IMG/VR virus record: IMGVR_UViG_3300011187_000002
Strand: one strand, 5' to 3'
DNA: 64,000 nucleotides
From: a virus
Lineage: Duplodnaviria; Heunggongvirae; Uroviricota; Caudoviricetes
Shown piece after piece: positions 35,557-44,669 of the stretch. Numbering within the stretch: the first letter of the stretch is position 1; each line of letters starts with the position of its first letter. Position numbers and translations under genes: made by a program. The notes beneath the pieces were generated by a model, which was not told where the DNA came from, ran no database searches, and saw only the letters and a program-made list of their open reading frames with translations.

Positions 35557-36192
35557 TCAGGCGGTCAAAGATAAAGCGTCGTCCGTCAGGAAATCTTTCC
35601 AGATTTCGGGGACTTCACGCCCGATGAGGCCGAACTCAATGTTGTTGAGGTTGCTCGGCTCGTAAGGCTTTTGCAACAGAGGCATCTTAGCCTCTTTGGG
35701 CAACAAGTCGCCTTTGACCCGGTTGCATGTCCGGCACGCAGCCACAATGTTTTGCCACGTCGTCAAGCCACCACGGGACCGGGGGAGTACGTGGTCGAAA
35801 GTCAAATCACGCACCCTCAGATCGCCATTCTTTACACAGTCGCCGCAATACTGACAGGTGAAATTATCCCGGATGTAAAGGTTCGTCCGGCAAAAATTCA
35901 CCCGTCTATGACGATGCACATACTGCTTGAGCATGAGGATGGCAGGAACCGTAAATGCTGCGGATGCGCTGCGTACCAGCCATTCGTCATATTCCGCCAA
36001 GACGTACACCACGTCTCGCAGTTTGTATTCGATCGCCTTTTGCCATTTCACGACGGCTTTAGGCTTGTAATCAGCATTTAGCAATAAGGTATCCATGTTC
36101 CTACCCTTTAGATCAATGTTACGTCTTACTGTAACTGTCGCGGTTGTAAATGAGCCCCTTTTGACTGGCTCCGACATTGACTCTTTCTGCAC
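35557..36192 (-). CDS. HNH endonuclease
   Basis: CQYCGDCVKNGDLRVRDLTFDHVLPRSRGGLTTWQNIVAACRTCNRVKG. Confidence 0.75.
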   Translation of the reverse strand: MQKESMSEPVKRGSFTTATVTVRRNIDLKGRNMDTLLLNADYKPKAVVKWQKAIEYKLRDVVYVLAEYDEWLVRSASAAFTVPAILMLKQYVHRHRRVNFCRTNLYIRDNFTCQYCGDCVKNGDLRVRDLTFDHVLPRSRGGLTTWQNIVAACRTCNRVKGDLLPKEAKMPLLQKPYEPSNLNNIEFGLIGREVPEIWKDFLTDDALSLTA

Positions 36193-36273
36193 CCGTAACG
36201 GTTATCGTTTTCATCGCCGCATATCTCGTGTTGCGCATCATGCATCTCCTAGTAAGGAGCGCGTAAAAGTAAA

Positions 36274-37074
36274 TTACAGTTCGAACGTCTGGTGCTTTCG
36301 CGCTAGACGCATTCCCTGTAAGTCCTCGGGAGCGTTATCAGGATTTCCGTAATGCATCAAGTACGTTCTTTTGCGAACGGACTCAGGCAAATCCACCATC
36401 TCTTCGAAATGGGTGTGGACCGTGGCCGGATAACGCGGCATAAACATACAGTCGTGGAACACTATATCGAAGGCTTCAAGATCGACTGTCCGTTCCGATG
36501 TAGAGTCCGCTGAGAAGAACACCGTAGTACCCGTCTCTGATTCCAATACAAGGCCATAAGAGGTTTTATTTGGTACGTGGTTCGTCTTCACAAAGATGAA
36601 CTTGATACCTCCCACCTTTATCGGATCCTTGGGGGACTCGGAGACGTGGACATTGAAATACGTGTCCATATCGGCCTGTACCGCGTTGCCTTCGGCGTCC
36701 TGAATGTGTACCATACCGCCTTTAAGGCAATTGTGCCAGAGGTCCGGGTAAACATCGCTATCGTAACCTACGACGGCTCTGGAGGGCACCAGCAAGTTCG
36801 GTACGTACATATCAAACTTTTGCTTGGGACCGAGGAACAAGCCTCGGAACCCTAATTCTTCAAGACCGCCTACGTGATCTGCATGGACATGTGTTACGAT
36901 CACCCCGTCGATATCAAGAGGATCAACCCCAAGTTCATCTAAACTTTCGAGGGCCGTGCCCCCGCAATCAATCAACAGTTTTTTGCCCGAATCCGTTTGG
37001 ATCAAGACGTTGTTGTGAAAATTTTCGTGTGACCGGCTGAACGCGCCACCCGTACCTAAAAATGTAAATTTCAT
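36274..37074 (-). CDS. metallo-beta-lactamase fold hydrolase (RNase Z-like / phosphodiesterase)
   Basis: FLGTGGAFS ... VIVTHVHADHVGGL (HxHxDH) ... further His/Asp ligands. Confidence 0.65.
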   Translation of the reverse strand: MKFTFLGTGGAFSRSHENFHNNVLIQTDSGKKLLIDCGGTALESLDELGVDPLDIDGVIVTHVHADHVGGLEELGFRGLFLGPKQKFDMYVPNLLVPSRAVVGYDSDVYPDLWHNCLKGGMVHIQDAEGNAVQADMDTYFNVHVSESPKDPIKVGGIKFIFVKTNHVPNKTSYGLVLESETGTTVFFSADSTSERTVDLEAFDIVFHDCMFMPRYPATVHTHFEEMVDLPESVRKRTYLMHYGNPDNAPEDLQGMRLARKHQTFEL

Positions 37075-37076
37075 AC

Positions 37077-37739
37077 CTACTCCAAAAATCCCGAATTGAC
37101 TAGTTTTTCGATTGTCTTATGCACGAAAGGGCGCTGACTAAACTGCGGCAACAAAGCCCGTAATAGATTGTACGTATCCTTTTGTCCGATAGCTTCCAGA
37201 TCCGCATTGACTTTTCCCACGACGCCCGGACATTCACGGTTCACTGTCAGTGCTCGGTTACAGCGCCAATACGTATCCTCTTTGTCCCAAGCATCTATCC
37301 ACTTGGACTCGCAAAAATCAGTGCGATCATGTGGCTTTTTGCGGTCTGCATACGCCCATTTCTTCGGGTAACTTACCCGGCTGCGAACACTGGTTGCGTG
37401 GTGGCCCGGCTCACGTAAAGAATACACCTCCCCGATTCGGACACCGAACGTTGAAATTCGATAGTTCGAAGGGTAATAGGCCGCACGCCATAACCGGGAG
37501 GGCATTTCACCTTTGGTTTGCATCAAGAAAAAAGGCGCTATCTGTTTACATTCTTCCGGGGTGAATTCCGAAGGGTTCTTCGAATTAGGCCGCCGCATAT
37601 ACAAAAGCTGGTCGCCTATTTTCAGGTCGGACTCAAATCGGCAATAGCGCAACTTTGAATGGTAAGGCCAAAACTCGATTTTCAGGAGTTTCAAAGCCAT
37701 GTGCGCCGCGTACCTATAATCAAGGTGGTTCGTAATCAT
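37077..37739 (-). CDS. hypothetical protein (tandem paralog 1)
   Basis: 220 aa; N-terminal MITNHLDYRYAAHMALKLLKIEFW and C-terminal LLRALLPQFSQRPFVHKTIEKL align with neighbour. Confidence 0.5.
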   Translation of the reverse strand: MITNHLDYRYAAHMALKLLKIEFWPYHSKLRYCRFESDLKIGDQLLYMRRPNSKNPSEFTPEECKQIAPFFLMQTKGEMPSRLWRAAYYPSNYRISTFGVRIGEVYSLREPGHHATSVRSRVSYPKKWAYADRKKPHDRTDFCESKWIDAWDKEDTYWRCNRALTVNRECPGVVGKVNADLEAIGQKDTYNLLRALLPQFSQRPFVHKTIEKLVNSGFLE

Positions 37740-38428
37740 TCCAACGCCTCACCTAGATCAATACCAAGTTCCTCAGTCCACTTTTCCACGGCCCCCACCA
37801 CCGAAGGTCGGAACGGTTCATTGGACTGTAACGCCCTGAAAAGAGCATGAAATTCACCATTGCCCCCTGCAGGATTTACCACATACCCGAAACTCGAAAA
37901 ATGGTTGTCGAGGCCGTCCTTAAACTTCCCGATGATACCGTAATGATCGCCGTCAGGCTTGAGGGTGAAATTACGCCTCTTATGGCTTCCCCCCGCATAC
38001 TCCTTTTTGTCATACCATTTGGTATCGTAACCCATCGAAGGATTCGGTTTGAAACCCCAACCACTAGGTCTACTATAAAGCGACTCCGCCTCGAAAAAAG
38101 ACCGGTGCTCATTGACGTTGAAAAGCTCGCTGACGTGAAGGACCCGGAAAGCTGTGCTACAGCGCTTACTCTGAGGCAAAAAACCAATATCCCCGTAGTC
38201 AAGGTCAAAATGACGGATGACCGGCGGTAATTGGTTTCGATCCTCATCCTTATACCGGTGTCCCGCCACACTCAAACCCGGCCTTCGGTACTGCAAAAAC
38301 CAATCACCTTCTTCGACTTCATCGAAAAAAGACACCGACCGGATTTGGTCCGCACTGTAAAATTCTAAACCCAGCGCCTTGGCAGCCACTACAGCATAAG
38401 GGTGGTCAAGAAAATGGTTACGAATCAT
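37736..38428 (-). CDS. hypothetical protein (tandem paralog 2)
   Basis: 230 aa; N-terminal MIRNHFLDHPYAVVAAKALGLEFY and C-terminal LFRALQSNEPFRPSVVGAVEKW; ATGA overlap with paralog 1. Confidence 0.5.
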   Translation of the reverse strand: MIRNHFLDHPYAVVAAKALGLEFYSADQIRSVSFFDEVEEGDWFLQYRRPGLSVAGHRYKDEDRNQLPPVIRHFDLDYGDIGFLPQSKRCSTAFRVLHVSELFNVNEHRSFFEAESLYSRPSGWGFKPNPSMGYDTKWYDKKEYAGGSHKRRNFTLKPDGDHYGIIGKFKDGLDNHFSSFGYVVNPAGGNGEFHALFRALQSNEPFRPSVVGAVEKWTEELGIDLGEALE

Positions 38429-38513
38429 CGTTTCCTCTAGACGGAGTGGGTCGTAGCGCTACGCTCTAATACGTAGTGACCCTACCCCATCTAAAGGAAA
38501 ACGTCAAACCGGC

Positions 38514-39623
38514 TTAGGCACCGGAAAGGTGGCGGATGATACGCTTGGTCAAGGTATCTTTGACGAACCCACTGAGCTTTTCGCGAAGCTCATCATCGTC
38601 GTCGGGAGAGTAAAGGAATCCGATAGGCACTTTGGCTCCACCGGCCCCCTGCTTGCCGCCTGCTACATCGGGTCCGAAGACCTTCTGACAGAACGTGTGG
38701 ACGTTTACCGAACTGTTGCGGCTACGAACGGACGCCTGAATGCACCCGTCAATCATAGCGAACACCACAACCGTTTCCACACCCTCCATGCGCAAGAACT
38801 CATCCGAAATAATCGGAAGTGCGTCACGCCGCTTGTCGGATAGAATCCCCAGATAGGAAATCAAAATAGACGCTTCCGACACCATGTTCTCGGCGGCCAA
38901 GGCCCTCAGCTTGAACAGGTAAGGTGGCAAGGGGTGGTCCAGAATATCACGATACTTTTTCGTGTCGATGTACGGGTGGAGGGCCGCCCACGCATCCCGA
39001 TCCAGATTACTTACGTTGTCGTCACCAAATTGGTGGGTATCATTTACGATCCCGAACAAGAGGGCGGTAGCTACGACAGCGCCCCTTTCGGTCGAAAAGT
39101 CCATCTCGAATTCCCGGATGTAATCCCAGATGATCGATGAACAAGCACCGCACGCACGAATATCCGTAACGGGGAGATCCAATTCAAACTGGTGGTGGTC
39201 AAATACGCAATGCCATTCGTCGATCAAGTCTTCGAAACCCGTGTTTTGCGGTACCGTATCTACCGTCACATAGGTCGAATACTTGGTGGGGTCAAAGTCG
39301 TCTCGCTGTTTCATCTGCACATTGAGGACGTTGACTTCCGTCTGATTCTGGGCATGGGAAATCTGGCCCGCGTAATAAATGTCACTCATCAGTCCATATT
39401 TGCACTCCAACAACCAACCCAAACCTAGAGCGCTACCAATGGCATCGGGATCCGGTGTGTGTTGCATCACAATACACACCTTCAAGTCTTCGGGGCAATC
39501 CGAAAAAAATTCATCGAACCGCCTGTAGCGATCCGATGTATCAACTGAAGCCATATCAGACTCGTCAAAAGACGTTTTTGAGACTGCGGATTTTGGTTCT
39601 ACGAGGTTCGCTTGACTTGTCAT
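38514..39623 (-). CDS. DHH/DHHA1 family phosphoesterase (NrnA/GdpP-like)
   Basis: motif I-II HTPDPDAIGSALGL, DHH motif CVFDHHQ, DHHA1 GGKQGAGGAKV. Confidence 0.7.
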   Translation of the reverse strand: MTSQANLVEPKSAVSKTSFDESDMASVDTSDRYRRFDEFFSDCPEDLKVCIVMQHTPDPDAIGSALGLGWLLECKYGLMSDIYYAGQISHAQNQTEVNVLNVQMKQRDDFDPTKYSTYVTVDTVPQNTGFEDLIDEWHCVFDHHQFELDLPVTDIRACGACSSIIWDYIREFEMDFSTERGAVVATALLFGIVNDTHQFGDDNVSNLDRDAWAALHPYIDTKKYRDILDHPLPPYLFKLRALAAENMVSEASILISYLGILSDKRRDALPIISDEFLRMEGVETVVVFAMIDGCIQASVRSRNSSVNVHTFCQKVFGPDVAGGKQGAGGAKVPIGFLYSPDDDDELREKLSGFVKDTLTKRIIRHLSGA

Positions 39624-39839
39624 CTTCTACCACTTCTCGCCTGTTAAGCTCTAAAGTAACTTCCCTAACCTTCTGGACCTGCGTGATCTTTTCTTTCGAA
39701 CTGTCTGGCTCTGGGGCAAGCCGTAAATCCAATAGCTCGGCTATTAATACACCGAGCTTCATATTCGCAACCGTTTCACGGTATGTGTCTAATTCATCGG
39801 ACATTCAAACCCCCACCTTACACCTTTCGATACGTATCA

Positions 39840-40214
39840 TCAAGACGTCTCCCCTTGCGCTAGCTCCTCGTCATCGTCGTCCTCATCGTCATAGTCGGCT
39901 TCGGGTAACTCCACCCCTTCCTCTTTGACGGGCAAAAGCTCAATCTTTCCGGCCAATTGCCCCATCAAGAAACTCGCTTTCACTAGATAGTCAAAGTAAG
40001 TTTCAGTGGTCGACTCCTCCTCTTTGAGCAAGAAGAAAACCGCCTCTTCCGGGCGTAGCCTAACTTTCATCTCCCGCCAGTACGTCCCCGCGCTAATCTT
40101 GTGGGCGTACATGTGGTCCTTGTCCCCTGTCGGCTTAAAGCCGAAGGTTTCGATTAACTGTTGCACATCGGCCATACGGGCCTTGTGATTGATCGACCAT
40201 TTGAAAACGCTCAT
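39840..40214 (-). CDS. hypothetical protein with acidic C-terminus
   Basis: 124-aa ORF. Confidence 0.45.
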   Translation of the reverse strand: MSVFKWSINHKARMADVQQLIETFGFKPTGDKDHMYAHKISAGTYWREMKVRLRPEEAVFFLLKEEESTTETYFDYLVKASFLMGQLAGKIELLPVKEEGVELPEADYDDEDDDDEELAQGETS

Positions 40215-40525
40215 GGAACTTCCTCCAGTGCTTCAATAAACCGTCCGTCCAAATAATAACCGTCGTAAGGAGCCTGATCGTCGTACAAATAAACGCGCAA
40301 CCCCTTGTATTCCTTGGCCCGGCTCGAAATGATGCAATACTCGTGGGGATCGAAATAGGCTATCGTACCGCAGGGATCGGCATACTGCCGAAATAGAAGC
40401 ATTAGTGATTGGTTGGCCTGCGCGGTATCAAAGTCGGCGTGCGGCACGTACAGAAGGTTTAGGTAATCGGTCTTCTGTTCCAACCGTATGTAATAACGCG
40501 GTCCGTCGTTGTCGAATTCAAACAT
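40211..40525 (-). CDS. hypothetical protein
   Basis: 104-aa ORF, ATGA overlap. Confidence 0.45.
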   Translation of the reverse strand: MFEFDNDGPRYYIRLEQKTDYLNLLYVPHADFDTAQANQSLMLLFRQYADPCGTIAYFDPHEYCIISSRAKEYKGLRVYLYDDQAPYDGYYLDGRFIEALEEVP

Positions 40526-41372
40526 CTTGACTCATGATCTGGTGAGCGCAATTACGTCCGTGTGCGATGGCCGCCTCTTTCAACGGGGAATTGAAATTCA
40601 GCTTGGAGTACCCAAGGTTCCGTAAAGGGCGGATCACCCGCACGTCTATATTCCTGTACCCGTCTTGGTTGTTCCTCGCAAGGAGCGTTCGGAGATCACT
40701 ACGTAACCTTGACATAGAACTAATATCGAGGATGCGAAGAGCCGTCTGTACCACTCCCGTAGGCAACGCGGGTTCCGGCTCATGAATTTCGAGAGATACT
40801 ACCACGATCTCGGTGGCCCCTAACAAGACAGCCGGTTTCAACGGAGCATACTGTAACAGAGATCCATCCCATTCGCCACGGGACCACGGAAACACCAAAG
40901 GGATTGCTGTCGAGGACATCACAGCATCCACGTCAAGCAAGTCTGGACGGTAAAGGCGACGGAACTTCGGGGGCAACCCTGTTACCCTGTTAGCGTAGCC
41001 CTGAAGGTGTCCAGTACGGACGTCCACACTGAAACACGTAACGGTTTGCGGTGAGTGCTGAAGTTCGTCGAAATCTACGTATTTGTTGAGGAGTTTCGAA
41101 AGAGGTGTGGTATCGAGGACATGGCTCCATTTCCAGAACTTCAGCCATTGGTTAGGGGGACGCCACCGGTACACATCCCGACTCGTAACCTTGCGCCAGA
41201 GTTCACACAGGTGCTCCGGTGATTTACCCGAAGCTAGACCAGCGGCATTGATGGCCCCCACCGATGATCCGCAAATGATCTCGGGTATCCACCCTATTTC
41301 GTAGAGGGCCTGAATCGCCCCGGCCTGAAAAGCACCGTGGGCGGCACCTCCTGATAAAACTAAAGCTCTCAT
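40518..41372 (-). CDS. patatin-like phospholipase
   Basis: oxyanion motif LSGGAAHGAFQAG and nucleophile elbow GSSVGA (GxSxG) at N-terminus. Confidence 0.7.
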   Translation of the reverse strand: MRALVLSGGAAHGAFQAGAIQALYEIGWIPEIICGSSVGAINAAGLASGKSPEHLCELWRKVTSRDVYRWRPPNQWLKFWKWSHVLDTTPLSKLLNKYVDFDELQHSPQTVTCFSVDVRTGHLQGYANRVTGLPPKFRRLYRPDLLDVDAVMSSTAIPLVFPWSRGEWDGSLLQYAPLKPAVLLGATEIVVVSLEIHEPEPALPTGVVQTALRILDISSMSRLRSDLRTLLARNNQDGYRNIDVRVIRPLRNLGYSKLNFNSPLKEAAIAHGRNCAHQIMSQDV

Positions 41373-41427
41373 ACGGCCTCCACTATACAGACCGTATAAG
41401 AGCTTTTTGGGTTGAGCTAGGCCCGGC

Positions 41428-43407
41428 CTAGGATTTTACGCGGCAAGTCACTGGAGCGTTGGTATCGTGGCTAGGGCAATGCTGGTACGAATTCTCTTGG
41501 GCTTTATCACACACACCACAGCCATCTCCTTGGTATTGTCCATTCTGGTAATCTACCAGATCGGGGTGGTTCCCTTGGATATCAATAATGTACTGACTGG
41601 CGGCATTCGCACCCTGCACCGTCAATGAACTGGAAAACGCTCCGCCCAACGAAACAAGATCCGGGTTTTGTTGAATATACATTACGCCACCCACGGACGT
41701 GACGGACTGAAAACCAGACACCGTGTAAAAATCCGTAAAAATGATTTGTAAATCCCCACCAACCGTAAGGAGTGCGTTGAAAGCATCCATTGTCAAGGGG
41801 TTAGTGGTGTTAGCCTCTTTGGCCCCATCGCGGATAAACATGTCACCACCAATAGTGGTCAAAGAGGGAAAGCCCACAAAATCAACAGCATCGCCTTGGT
41901 TAGTGACGAGATCCGTGACCACGAAATTATCCATTTCAAAATTACTCGTGACGGTTTCCAAATCCGCAAAAGCCACTTCGTTATTGACGTATTCAAAACG
42001 TGCCTTATTTCCCGTGCTATTGTTGAGGTCCAGACGAAAAGTCCCCAGAATCTCGCGCAACGTGTGGACTTCAAACAGTTGGGTAGCGGTTCCGGTGATG
42101 GTTACATTACCGTCTACCGAACAATACCCGGAAAGGGTAATCAAGTCTGAGTTTGTGTTTGCTGTGAAATCCCCCACGTACTGTTCACAGGGATTCAGGC
42201 ACGGGGCACCCCCGATGCACGTGTATCCAGTAGCAACAGCACAGGATGCCGTACAACCCGGCCCTCCATCACATTCTTCGCCTTCATTAACGTCGAGGTT
42301 GCCGTTACCGCAAGTCGCCCCGGTTTCCGTCACCACTTGGGTACACGAATCACACCAAGTGCAAGTCTGTCCATATCCGGGGACACATACGTCGCCCGTG
42401 CTCGCACCCTCGTCACAAACCTCTGCCGAATCCACGATACCGTCGCCGCAAACGTTTAGCTCCCGGCAACTGAACCCGTCGCCTGTGAAGCCGCTATCGC
42501 AAGCACATGAAAATGATCCGTAAGTGTTTGTGCATGTTGCGTTTGAATCGCAAACCGCTGTGCCGTTGGCGCACTCGTTGTTATCTACGCAAGCGTAAGT
42601 ATCGTTGTCTGTGTTAGGGTCGAGATCTTGGCAGGTGGTTCCCGTTTGGCAATTGGCGGACCCGTTGCTGCACTCATCCACGTTGGCGCAAGTGAAAGCC
42701 TGTTCCCCATTAAGAGGATCACCGTCTATACATTCGGTTCCAGCGCTGCAGGAATCCGTACCGTCAACACACTCATCCACGTTCAAACACTCATATCCGC
42801 CCAGCGTGTTGTTGCATTCGGTACCGTTTCCACAAACGTTGGGGTCGTCGCATTCGTTCACATCCTCACAGGTACCAGCCACATCCGCATAGCCCGCGTC
42901 ACAGGTACAGTCGTAATCGCCTTCGGTATCGGCACAAGTTGCGTTGGGACCACAAACATTGGGGTCGTTGCACTCGTCGATATTGGCGCACGCACCATTG
43001 ACCACCTCGTACCCCGGATCACAATCAATCTCAGGGGTGTCCGTTTCTACCTCGTCTCCCGTATCACCACCATCGTCTCCCGTATCGGTACTGGTGTCCT
43101 CCGCATCCATGCCGGTGTCGGTGTCCGTGTCCGTACCCGAATCTGTACCGATGTCTTGCTCTCCGGTATCGGTATCCGAACCCGCATCTTCACCCGTATC
43201 CAAACCGGTTTCCTGATCGGTGCCACTGTCCGTATCAGGAACAATTCCCGTGTCGCTGTCCACCCGAACTTCTTCAGTGTAAGTGTCCGTACCAGCATCA
43301 GGGCTGGTTACGGTGTCCGTGGTTACGGGATAGGTCGGAACCTCTTCGGTACAACCAAAGGCCGTCAAGACCAGAACAAGTAAGGCTAATGTCGTGTAGT
43401 GTCGCAT
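41428..43407 (-). CDS. secreted lipoprotein with D/T-rich acidic region and calcium-binding-EGF-like cysteine modules
   Basis: signal plus lipobox LLVLVLTAFGC; low-complexity TDTD/DTGT region; at least 5 modules of form (N/D)(I/V)(D/N)EC...C...C.N..G.Y.C.C (NIDECNDPNVCGPNATC...GDYDCTCDAGY; DVNECDDPNVCGNGTECNNTLGGYECL; etc.). Confidence 0.6.
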   Translation of the reverse strand: MRHYTTLALLVLVLTAFGCTEEVPTYPVTTDTVTSPDAGTDTYTEEVRVDSDTGIVPDTDSGTDQETGLDTGEDAGSDTDTGEQDIGTDSGTDTDTDTGMDAEDTSTDTGDDGGDTGDEVETDTPEIDCDPGYEVVNGACANIDECNDPNVCGPNATCADTEGDYDCTCDAGYADVAGTCEDVNECDDPNVCGNGTECNNTLGGYECLNVDECVDGTDSCSAGTECIDGDPLNGEQAFTCANVDECSNGSANCQTGTTCQDLDPNTDNDTYACVDNNECANGTAVCDSNATCTNTYGSFSCACDSGFTGDGFSCRELNVCGDGIVDSAEVCDEGASTGDVCVPGYGQTCTWCDSCTQVVTETGATCGNGNLDVNEGEECDGGPGCTASCAVATGYTCIGGAPCLNPCEQYVGDFTANTNSDLITLSGYCSVDGNVTITGTATQLFEVHTLREILGTFRLDLNNSTGNKARFEYVNNEVAFADLETVTSNFEMDNFVVTDLVTNQGDAVDFVGFPSLTTIGGDMFIRDGAKEANTTNPLTMDAFNALLTVGGDLQIIFTDFYTVSGFQSVTSVGGVMYIQQNPDLVSLGGAFSSSLTVQGANAASQYIIDIQGNHPDLVDYQNGQYQGDGCGVCDKAQENSYQHCPSHDTNAPVTCRVKS

Positions 43408-43465
43408 TTATGATTCCTTGAGTCTCAGGATAATTTATGCGAAGGACATACCACCCTCGCATTAA

Positions 43466-43494
43466 CATATACCCTAAAACGAGCAATTCGTCAA
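43466..43494 (-). promoter_or_regulatory. sigma70-like promoter (TTGACG-17-TATATG)
   Basis: minus strand TTGACGaattgctcgttttagggTATATG about 55 nt upstream of lipoprotein gene start 43407. Confidence 0.5.
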
Positions 43495-43581
43495 AAACTT
43501 TAGACATTCAACACACTTAGCCGTCCTCATTTGAGGACAGCTATCGGTAAGTACCTAATTTTGTTGAAGAAACCGGGATCC

Positions 43582-44310
43582 TCAGAAACTCTCAAGGTGG
43601 GGAACTACCATGAAAGGTGTTTGCCGCCAATCACCCTGACCGAAGAGTTTGGTCATGCGGGAGTTGGCTTTTTCGACCAGAAAACCGTGGCGCTTTTCGA
43701 CCCGCCACCGGAGGTCCTTTGCTCGTACAAGTTCAAGTTCATCCGAAGATACCCGTACCTCGGAGTTCCATTTGAGCAACCGGGAAAGCTGGTTGGCCGC
43801 TTTCTTATGTGTGGTGAAAAGCGTGGCCTTATCTAAGGGCTGCAAAAGCACCCCTCTCAGGTTACACCGGTAAAAGTAAGACTCTAAGGTGGTTTCCCGC
43901 AAGGCGTAGTAAGTAAACGGCCCCTTGTCGGCGTGAATGAACGCTGAGGAAGTCGAAGGGAACGTACCTGCCACATCACACTGCATTGGGTATACAGAAC
44001 AAGGTATTTTCACGACCTGTAGCTCCGGGCGTGGTTTTTTAGTCGTCAACTCACGCTCTGCATCCAAGCCATAAAGGTCTTGCTTTGAAGCCGAGATCAC
44101 TGCAGCGGCTGCATCATCCGGGTCTGTGAAGCATACGGAATTGTACAGCGCCGGTTTACCGCTCATGGGCAAAAAATCCAAAACGTATTTGCCCGGTGCG
44201 TGTTCGCGAAGCCATGCTTGACCGCTATAGCCGTTGCTAACATCACCACCATAATGGACATCACGTATGAAATAGACGGGGAGCATTTTCCTACCCTCTT
44301 GGAAAATCAT
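43582..44310 (-). CDS. hypothetical protein
   Basis: 242-aa ORF. Confidence 0.5.
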   Translation of the reverse strand: MIFQEGRKMLPVYFIRDVHYGGDVSNGYSGQAWLREHAPGKYVLDFLPMSGKPALYNSVCFTDPDDAAAAVISASKQDLYGLDAERELTTKKPRPELQVVKIPCSVYPMQCDVAGTFPSTSSAFIHADKGPFTYYALRETTLESYFYRCNLRGVLLQPLDKATLFTTHKKAANQLSRLLKWNSEVRVSSDELELVRAKDLRWRVEKRHGFLVEKANSRMTKLFGQGDWRQTPFMVVPHLESF

Positions 44311-44610
44311 AACCTATCGCGGAAGTACTCTTCGAACGCTTACCTGCTCAAAGAATATCCGCGCCAGTGTGACGGGCATTATAGGACAACCCCTACGGAT
44401 CCAACCTTTAATATAGGCGGTTGAACCCGTTGTTCCCCTGCCCTCATGTCCCATCGGCTGGATTCAGTCTGCTCACCATCTCGTTTCCCTGTAAGTGTGT
44501 AGGGCAACACCTTCAGGCGTTGAAATGGTCCCGCATTCCCTTCCCCAAACCGCCGTGGCTGTGCATCGCCACATGTTATAGGCTTGGCGGTTATAACACA
44601 CCCCAAGGAG

Positions 44611-44637
44611 GGGGTCAAAAGAAAAGGCCGCCCCTAA
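44611..44637 (-). terminator. putative rho-independent terminator
   Basis: minus strand GGTCGCC-tttagg-GGCGGCC (one G-U) followed by TTTTCTTTT, after HD-hydrolase stop. Confidence 0.4.
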
Positions 44638-44669
44638 AGGCGACCTTGATACGTGTGTTACCAACCCTG

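Noticed and set aside
39565-39804. 79-aa minus ORF overlapping the DHH gene start
   Set aside because: Possible real small gene if the DHH starts at its second Met, but evidence is insufficient; left unannotated.
41741-43383. Plus-strand ORFs (260 and 251 aa) inside the cbEGF lipoprotein gene
   Set aside because: Reverse-frame artefacts of the repetitive Cys/Asp/Thr-rich gene.
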